Assembly (NCBI GenBank): GCA_965248265.1
Contig: CBDFJF010000002.1
Span: forward strand, 576,001 to 640,000
Length of the DNA: 64,000 nt
Direction of reading: 5' to 3'
From: Candidatus Latescibacterota bacterium
Lineage (GTDB): Bacteria > Latescibacterota > UBA2968 > UBA8231
Shown: positions 57,538-64,000 of the stretch, one piece after another
Layout of the letters: every line of letters begins with the position of its first letter
Numbering within the stretch: position 1 is the first letter of the stretch
The notes under the pieces: model-generated
What the model was told of the DNA's origin: nothing
Seen by the model: only the letters and a program-made list of their open reading frames with translations
The model's database searches: none
Made by a program: the position numbers and the translations under genes

Positions 57538-58472
57538 AGGTTTGTCTGGCAGGAGAGGGGGCCCAGGGTCTCACGCACATGGAAGCACTGAAGCAGATGC
57601 CCGACGTCGAGGTCGTTACCCTGGCGGGAGGCATCGAGGCCGATACCGCCGAATTCGCCCAAAAGTGGCAGATTCCGCATCACAGTATGGACCTGGCTGA
57701 GTGCCTGGAGCAACCGGGAGTTGAGGCCGTCGTGTTGACGACGCCCAATCAGGTCCACGCCGAGCAAGCTGTCCTGGCGTTGGAGATGGGGAAGCATGTA
57801 CTGCTCGAGCTGCCGATGGGTCTGTCTCTGGAGGAATCTCAATGCGTCGTCGAGGCCGAGCAAAAATCCGGTCTGGTCTGCATGGTCTGCCACACCGCGC
57901 GCTATTGCGGAGCGTTCCGCGAGGTGCGGAGGCGAGTTCTCAGCGGTGAGCTGAAACTGCACCACATCGTACAGCAGACGTATTTCTTCCGCCGCACCAA
58001 CGAGAACCGCTTCGGCAAACCCCGCACCTGGACCGACGAGCTGTTGTGGCACCAGGCGTGCCACATGGTCGACATGGCCTATTGGATTCTCGATGACCCC
58101 GACATGAAGGTGTGGGCCCAGGCCGGCCCTGATCATGAGGAGCTGGGGATCCCCATGGATATCACCCTAAGCATGCGGGCGAGGAACGGCTGTCTGGTGA
58201 CCTCGGCCCATTCGTTCAACAACCACGGTCCGATACAGGGCGGCTATCGCTTCATCGGCGAAGAGGCCACCCTGCTCGCCCAGTGGGGCCAATTGACTGA
58301 CCATGCAGGCAGGGAGATCCCCGTCGAAGACACCGGGATGCAGGAGCAGGACGAGGAATTTTTCGCCGCAATTTGGGAAGGGCGAAGGGCGTTGACCAGT
58401 TGCAGTTGTTGCCTGCCGGTCATGGAAATGATTGATCGCCTGCAGCAATCGATGGACAGCAACCGGGTCTGA
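57534..58472 (+). CDS. Gfo/Idh/MocA oxidoreductase, LigC-like
   Basis: TYFFRRTN..GKPRTWTDELLWHQACHMVD recalls the 4-carboxy-2-hydroxymuconate semialdehyde dehydrogenase LigC signature; ATGA overlap with nadE. Confidence 0.85.
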   Translation: MKVCLAGEGAQGLTHMEALKQMPDVEVVTLAGGIEADTAEFAQKWQIPHHSMDLAECLEQPGVEAVVLTTPNQVHAEQAVLALEMGKHVLLELPMGLSLEESQCVVEAEQKSGLVCMVCHTARYCGAFREVRRRVLSGELKLHHIVQQTYFFRRTNENRFGKPRTWTDELLWHQACHMVDMAYWILDDPDMKVWAQAGPDHEELGIPMDITLSMRARNGCLVTSAHSFNNHGPIQGGYRFIGEEATLLAQWGQLTDHAGREIPVEDTGMQEQDEEFFAAIWEGRRALTSCSCCLPVMEMIDRLQQSMDSNRV

Positions 58473-58477
58473 ATGCC

Positions 58478-60376
58478 TCAGTCCGTGTGGCGAGCTATGT
58501 GATCGAGCGCGAAGGACAGAACCGGATCGTCTGAATCGGGGTAGGATTCGAGCACGCTGTCATCAACGGGAATATCGGGAACGGTGCCGCTGCGACTGTC
58601 ACCGAATTGGGGCACCGGTGCGAACCATTGCTTACACGAGACGTTCAATTTCAGATCGCTGTTGGGGAGGCGGACACTCAGGACCTCTCCGAAGCACTCC
58701 CGCGTCGCCCCGGTCTCCTCGCCGATCAGGGTACCGAGATGAAAATCCTTGATCATGGCTGCAAACATCCCGGCGGACGAGAAGGTTCCAGGTCCCACCA
58801 GCACGTAGAGCTTACCGTCGAATCGGATACCCCGGTCCTCGGGCTGTTCGAGACGGACACGCCGCGAGATCGTCATTCCGGTCAGTCCTTCAAACTCACG
58901 ATAACCCTCGTAGGTGTTGAACAAGAGCTCGGACAATCTGACATCCATCCGTGCGGCCTTGCGGTAAGGCTGCCGCGTGAGGTAATCGAGCAGGTAGTCG
59001 CCGAAAGCGGAATTTCCGCCACCATTGAAGCGCAGGTCGATGACCAGGTTCTGGACTGCGGTCCGGTCAAGCTCCGTGAACACACTGTCCGCATAGGCCA
59101 GCTGCTCCTCTGAATTCTGGAAGCTGTCAAAACGGTAGTAACATGTCCGCTGGTCATGGTGGTACTCGTGGAAGTCGCCTGCCTGGAACTGGTCTCCCTC
59201 TTCGCGGAATGCCTGATCGTGGTCGGCAAGAGAGATCAGGGTCACACGTTCACGGCTTTCTGATCCCGGTCGGTCCACCGTCGTCAACTCGATATGACCA
59301 GTTGAGCGTGGCGCCAGCAGTGCCCAGTAGGTCTGTTGGTTCGATACGAAGGTCGCCAGTCTGTTGACGGTCCGCTCTCCCGAGATCGCCTCCAGCATTG
59401 GGGCCAGGTACTCAAGCACCGGTTGGCCTTCAATGGCTACAAGCCGGCGATCTTCGAGGTGACTGCTAGCCGTTGTGGTGGATGCCACATACAAGCCGCC
59501 CAGAGAGTATCTCACGTAGATCGGCAACATTGTCAGGTTTGGGTCCGTTTGGTCGAGAAGAAAGGGAGATGGCATGAGTGACGTGTGTCCATCTCCCAGC
59601 GCTGCCGCTGCTTTAGCCAACTCGACGGCCAGGGCCGTCTTCGAGACCACAGTCGTATCCTCCAGGCCGAGCCGGCCAGGCATTCCCTGTTTCAGGTCCA
59701 GGTAGGACTCCGGAGACAGGTGCAGGAGCGGTTGTGGATGAACCTGCTCTATAGTGTCGAAGAACAGGGCGATGTCTTTGAGCGCGTCGTCGCGGGCTAG
59801 TTTGGCCATGATTCTGCGGAACCGGGTATCGTAAAGAGCGGTCTGCTCAACGCGTCCCCGAAATACTATCACCAAAGACTGGGAGCTGTCGTAGTGCGCA
59901 TGTAACCCTGGAAGGAAATCTGCGGAGACTGCGGCTAGGATACCGATGAATCCGGATGACGCGAACGGATTCTTGCCGACGGCAATCAATCCGGTTTCGG
60001 TCGCGTCCTCCAAATTCGGGGCTTCTTGCTCCAGCACTTCCAGCCAGGTATCGCGAAAGGCCTCGAAGACCGGGTTGTCCACCCGCGTTTCGAGCGTGCC
60101 GTACAGCAACGTTGATTCGGCATGGAGGGAATTGTCGGCGGTGAGCGCTGGAACGAATCGGACCGCATCGATATGTGGGAAGGCCGTCCAGTAGGAGCGG
60201 ATGGAGTCTTCGACTGCAGCGAACTGCGTGCGGTTGAAGTCGACTAGGATGGTCAGGGTGTCGGAGGAAGAGGCGACCAGGCCGCCGACGGTCAGCGGCT
60301 CGGCCTTGAGGTTTGCGCAAGCCAGGATCAGGGTGGTGAAGACCAAACAACTCAGTGCGCGCGCGAGTCGCGGCAT
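58478..60376 (-). CDS. S41 family peptidase, secreted
   Basis: Signal peptide; LGDGHT, IDLRFNGGGN, TFSSA, LIGEETG, PDI. Confidence 0.87.
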   Translation of the reverse strand: MPRLARALSCLVFTTLILACANLKAEPLTVGGLVASSSDTLTILVDFNRTQFAAVEDSIRSYWTAFPHIDAVRFVPALTADNSLHAESTLLYGTLETRVDNPVFEAFRDTWLEVLEQEAPNLEDATETGLIAVGKNPFASSGFIGILAAVSADFLPGLHAHYDSSQSLVIVFRGRVEQTALYDTRFRRIMAKLARDDALKDIALFFDTIEQVHPQPLLHLSPESYLDLKQGMPGRLGLEDTTVVSKTALAVELAKAAAALGDGHTSLMPSPFLLDQTDPNLTMLPIYVRYSLGGLYVASTTTASSHLEDRRLVAIEGQPVLEYLAPMLEAISGERTVNRLATFVSNQQTYWALLAPRSTGHIELTTVDRPGSESRERVTLISLADHDQAFREEGDQFQAGDFHEYHHDQRTCYYRFDSFQNSEEQLAYADSVFTELDRTAVQNLVIDLRFNGGGNSAFGDYLLDYLTRQPYRKAARMDVRLSELLFNTYEGYREFEGLTGMTISRRVRLEQPEDRGIRFDGKLYVLVGPGTFSSAGMFAAMIKDFHLGTLIGEETGATRECFGEVLSVRLPNSDLKLNVSCKQWFAPVPQFGDSRSGTVPDIPVDDSVLESYPDSDDPVLSFALDHIARHTD

Positions 60377-60478
60377 TCCCTGCCTCTATCGCGCGAAAGG
60401 ATCGATCAATAGTGCCCTGTCACGAAAGTATTCTTGCATCAGCGACCTCATTCGCAAGCCTACTTCCGTGGCAGGGCA

Positions 60479-60949
60479 CTAACGACTCGCTGGCACGACC
60501 GACACTTGGACGAGCTCCTCGGAGCTGGACACAACACCAGGGTGAAGCAAGTCAGACAGTGTCGTCTGGCTCAGGACCTCGTCGACTGCGTTTTGCACTC
60601 GACCCCACAGGCCTCTGATCGAGCACTCCACCGCGGAGTGATGACAGGCATCCTCGACGCCGGCGAAGTGGTCGCAGAATCCCGGATCGAATAACCGGCC
60701 GCCCAGCGCTGCCACCACCTCTGCCAGCGAGATGCTGTCCGGGGGGGACGCCAGACTGTAGCCGCCATTTTGGCCGCGCTCGCTATCGACGAAGCCACCC
60801 TGCCGCAACAGCCGCAGGTACTTGGCCACGTTGTGGGGGGCGATGCCTTCAGCCTCGGCGATTTCGGGTATCGTCAGGTTGGCCTCCGGGTGTTGGGCCA
60901 CTCGCACCAGGCAGCGCAGGCCGTATTCCTCTTGAGCACTCAGTTTCAT
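60479..60949 (-). CDS. Rrf2 family transcriptional regulator (three Cys)
   Basis: EEYGLR, S.RG..GGY, C-x9-C-x6-C. Confidence 0.92.
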   Translation of the reverse strand: MKLSAQEEYGLRCLVRVAQHPEANLTIPEIAEAEGIAPHNVAKYLRLLRQGGFVDSERGQNGGYSLASPPDSISLAEVVAALGGRLFDPGFCDHFAGVEDACHHSAVECSIRGLWGRVQNAVDEVLSQTTLSDLLHPGVVSSSEELVQVSVVPASR

Positions 60950-60971
60950 CGATAGGCTCTCGTCGTCGCTC

Positions 60972-61301
60972 TCACATCATGCCCAGTTGCAGTTTGGCCG
61001 CTTCCGTCATCAGGTCCGTCGTCCAGGGCGGATCCCAAACCACGTCCACCTTTGCATCCGTTATCTCGGGTACGACATCGACGATCTTCTGTTGGATCTC
61101 CGGTGGCAGCGTGCCCGCCACGGGGCAGGCCGGTGAGGTCAGGGTCATGGTCACGAGTGCCGCCTTGTCCTCATCCACGGCAACTTCGTAGACCAGTCCG
61201 AGTGCGTAGATGTCGACGGGGATCTCCGGATCGTAGCACGTCTTCAGCACCTTCACTACCTCGTTCTCGAGGCTGTCCTCGGGGTATTCCTTCGGTTCCA
61301 T
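60972..61301 (-). CDS. SUF-associated DUF59/MIP18 (SufT-like) protein
   Basis: YDPEIPVDIYALGLVY, TLTSPACPVA, DPPW. Confidence 0.92.
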   Translation of the reverse strand: MEPKEYPEDSLENEVVKVLKTCYDPEIPVDIYALGLVYEVAVDEDKAALVTMTLTSPACPVAGTLPPEIQQKIVDVVPEITDAKVDVVWDPPWTTDLMTEAAKLQLGMM

Positions 61302-61316
61302 TGGTTCACTCCTGGT

Positions 61317-61772
61317 TCACTCTGTTGTCACGCGCGTCTGGTCGTTGTCCAGGGCCGAGCGCATGGTGTGCCACGCCAGGGTCGCGCACTTCACGCGCAT
61401 CGGGAATTCCCTGACGCCAGCAAAGACGACGAGTTTGCCGATCTCGGCACCGTCGACCTGCTCCTCGACTTCCCCGGTGACTACCTGGTGAAAGCGCTCG
61501 AACAAATCTCTCGCCTCCGCCGCCGGTTTGCCCTTGAGCGCATCCGTCATCAAAGACGCGGACGCTTTCGAGATGGCACATCCGGACCCCTGAAAACCGA
61601 TGTCCTGGATGACGTCATCTTCGTCGACGTAAAGATAGATTTGCAGTTCATCGCCGCATAGAGGGTTATGTCCCTGTTGCTCCCGGTTCGTCGCTTCGGG
61701 CCGGCCGAAGTTACGCGGGCTCTTATTGTGATCGAGGATCACCTGCTGATAGAGTTCGCGCAGTTCCGTCAT
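61317..61772 (-). CDS. sufU: SUF NifU-like sulfur-transfer/scaffold protein
   Basis: LYQQVILDH, NPLCGD, GCAIS, RVKCATL; the ATG at 61772 overlaps the sufS stop. Confidence 0.92.
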   Translation of the reverse strand: MTELRELYQQVILDHNKSPRNFGRPEATNREQQGHNPLCGDELQIYLYVDEDDVIQDIGFQGSGCAISKASASLMTDALKGKPAAEARDLFERFHQVVTGEVEEQVDGAEIGKLVVFAGVREFPMRVKCATLAWHTMRSALDNDQTRVTTE

Positions 61773-63043
61773 CAGGCGAACACCTCCTGCACTTTTCGCA
61801 GGCCGGTGACAAGGACATCGATCTCCGACATCGTGTTGTAGAATGCGAACGAGGCTCGCGCCGTAGCCGGTACGCCAAAGCGCTGCATCAGCGGTTGCGC
61901 ACAATGGTGGCCGGTGCGGATGGCGACGCCCTCCGTGTCCAGTATGGTGCCGATGTCATGGGGATGTGCCTGCTCCATGACGAACGACAGCACGCCGACC
62001 TTCTCGGCTGCATTGCCGATGATTCGCAAGCCGGCAATCGTATTCAGCTGCTGTGTGGCGTAGTCCAGCAATTGCCTCTCATGCGCGGCGATGCGGTCCA
62101 GGCCGAGCGCTGTGGCGTAGTCGATGGCGGCTTCCAGGCCGATGGCGCCGGCAATGTTCGGAGTACCCGCCTCGTACTTGTTGGGCAGCTCGGCGAAGGT
62201 CGTCTTGTCGAAGGTCACCGACTGGATCATCGAACCGCCCGCCTGGTAGGGCGCCATCGATTCGAGCAGGTTGCGCTTGCCGTAAAGCACGCCGATTCCC
62301 GTCGGACCGAAAATTTTGTGACCGGAAAAGGCATAGAAGTCGCAGTCCAGTTCGCGTACGTCGACCGGCAGATGGGGTGCTCCCTGGGCGCCGTCTACGA
62401 GGACCGGGATCCCCTTGTCGTGCGCCAGCCCGGTGATTTCAGCGATGTCATTGATGGTACCCAGTGCGTTCGATGCGTGGGTAACGGCGACGAGTCGGGT
62501 GCGCTCGGTGAGCAGCCGCTCGTACTCATCGAGTACCAGTACACCCTCGTCATCCACGGGCACCACCCGGAGTACGGCACCCGTTTCCTCCCGCAGCAGC
62601 TGCCACGGAACGATGTTGGAGTGATGCTCCATCTCGGTTAGGAGGACTTCGTCCCCGGCACCGATTCGAGGCCGGCCGAAGCTATGCGCAACCAGATTGA
62701 TGGCTTCTGTCGTTCCTCTCAGAAAAACAATCTCACAGCTGTCCTGTGCATTCAGGAAGTGGGCGATGCGGCCACGGGCCCGTTCATAGACGTAGGTCGC
62801 CTGCTGTGACAGAAAGTGGACGCCCCGATGGATATTGGCGTTGTCTTCTTCATTGTAACGCCTGACAGCGTCGATGACCGAGCGGGGTTTTTGCGTGGTT
62901 GCCGCGTTGTCCAGATAAATCAGCGCCTTGTTACGCACGGCGCGACCGAGAATGGGGAAATCACGACGCACGGCATCGACGTCGAAGCCGTTCTTTCCTG
63001 GATCCGTGATACCTGTCACCATAGTCGAGGCGGTGGCCGTCAT
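61772..63043 (-). CDS. sufS: Cysteine desulfurase
   Basis: YLDNAATTQKP, NIHRG, EHHSN, SGHK, RTGHHCAQP. Confidence 0.97.
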   Translation of the reverse strand: MTATASTMVTGITDPGKNGFDVDAVRRDFPILGRAVRNKALIYLDNAATTQKPRSVIDAVRRYNEEDNANIHRGVHFLSQQATYVYERARGRIAHFLNAQDSCEIVFLRGTTEAINLVAHSFGRPRIGAGDEVLLTEMEHHSNIVPWQLLREETGAVLRVVPVDDEGVLVLDEYERLLTERTRLVAVTHASNALGTINDIAEITGLAHDKGIPVLVDGAQGAPHLPVDVRELDCDFYAFSGHKIFGPTGIGVLYGKRNLLESMAPYQAGGSMIQSVTFDKTTFAELPNKYEAGTPNIAGAIGLEAAIDYATALGLDRIAAHERQLLDYATQQLNTIAGLRIIGNAAEKVGVLSFVMEQAHPHDIGTILDTEGVAIRTGHHCAQPLMQRFGVPATARASFAFYNTMSEIDVLVTGLRKVQEVFA

Positions 63044-64000
63044 CGGGCGTCCTCTTTCAGCAGGGCCTGCAGTTTGGCCTCGACCCGTCGGCGGATGCTG
63101 TCGCGGAGGACCTCGTGTGGAATGCGGTCGACGATTTCACCGGCGAAAGCCTGAGTCAGGACTCGCACGGCGTCCGTCGTCGACAAGCCGCGGGTGCGCA
63201 AGTAAAAGATGGCATCCGCGTCGAGCTGGCCGGTCGTGGAGCCGTGGCTGCATTTGACGTCGTCGGCGTAGATCTCCAACTGGGGTTTGGAGGTGACATC
63301 GGCCTCCGGGGACACCAGGAGGTTCTTGTTGCTCTGATAGGCGTCCGTCTTCTGTGCGTCCGGGTGCACGTGGATTTTGCCCCGAAACACGCCCGTCGCC
63401 TTACCGCCCAGCACCCCCTTGTAGAGCTCATGGCTGCTACAATTCGGTTGGGCGTGCTCGATGGTCGTGTGATTGTCGATGTGTTCGGATTCGGAGCCGA
63501 GGAACAGACCGTTCAAGGTCGACTCGATGCCCTCTCCGTCCAGCAGCGTGGTGATGTCGTTGCGCACCAGGCGTCCGCTCAGACTGAAATTGTGCGAGGT
63601 GAAGGAGCAGTCCCGGTCCTCAGCCACGTGCATGGTGGCCACGTGGCTGCCAGCGTCGCCCTCTTCGTGAATTCTGCAGTGGTGGACGACGCTACCCGGT
63701 CCGACGGCCAGCTCAGTGACCGCGTTGGTCAGGTAGGCCTTGTCCGTCAGACCGTGAAAATGCTCGACGACCAGACCCTCCGCATCAGCGTCGGCGATGA
63801 TGAGGGTGCGTGGGGAGGTGGCGAAGGGTTCATCGCTTCCCGCGCACTCTGTCGTCACGTAGAGGAGGTAAACGGGGGCGGCCTCGCCCGTGACGTGGAC
63901 GAAGGCACCATCCTGCAGGAACGCGGTGTTGAGCGCGGCGAATCCTCCCTGATAACGACCCGAATGTGCATCCAGGTGAGTGCGGACGATGTCCGGGCTC
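63040..64000 (-). CDS. sufD: Fe-S cluster assembly protein SufD (5' end outside the window)
   Basis: Frame open to the window edge (FAALNTAFLQDG); AQKTD, KPQLEIYADDVKCSHG, FYLRTRG. Confidence 0.95.
   Translation of the reverse strand, partial: SPDIVRTHLDAHSGRYQGGFAALNTAFLQDGAFVHVTGEAAPVYLLYVTTECAGSDEPFATSPRTLIIADADAEGLVVEHFHGLTDKAYLTNAVTELAVGPGSVVHHCRIHEEGDAGSHVATMHVAEDRDCSFTSHNFSLSGRLVRNDITTLLDGEGIESTLNGLFLGSESEHIDNHTTIEHAQPNCSSHELYKGVLGGKATGVFRGKIHVHPDAQKTDAYQSNKNLLVSPEADVTSKPQLEIYADDVKCSHGSTTGQLDADAIFYLRTRGLSTTDAVRVLTQAFAGEIVDRIPHEVLRDSIRRRVEAKLQALLKEDAR

Overview
GC-rich bacterial chromosomal DNA with no rRNA, tRNA or CRISPR array found by eye. Gene content (many PhyH-type Fe/2OG dioxygenases, enolase-superfamily enzymes, GH-like propeller proteins, TonB-dependent receptors, a large acidic outer-membrane-type protein) suggests a diderm heterotroph such as Latescibacterota or Poribacteria; this taxonomy is inference. 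The left part (1 to about 36 kb) is an accessory uptake and catabolic region. It holds a >=960-codon minus-strand gene missing from the ORF track, a TonB receptor bracketed by two different IS110 remnants (one keeping a strongly structured upstream non-coding region), two DUF4091/GH123-like proteins, three paralogous propeller-hydrolase-like proteins, four intact and two broken PhyH-like genes, and about nine non-IS gene remnants, several with internal deletions. The right part (about 36-64 kb) is mostly intact housekeeping: cstA, peptidases, oxidoreductases, purL, a sucA-sucB-lpdA-pncA-pncB-aminotransferase-nadE-oxidoreductase run, and the 3' end of a suf operon with an Rrf2 regulator. Best leads: the IS110 structured RNA end beside a repeat-flanked gene, a three-way-junction leader upstream of sucA, a PhyH-like protein with HxH in place of HxD, the recurring PhyH/propeller/enolase gene set, and short tandem duplications at translation starts. 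All protein family calls come from motif recognition, not database searches.
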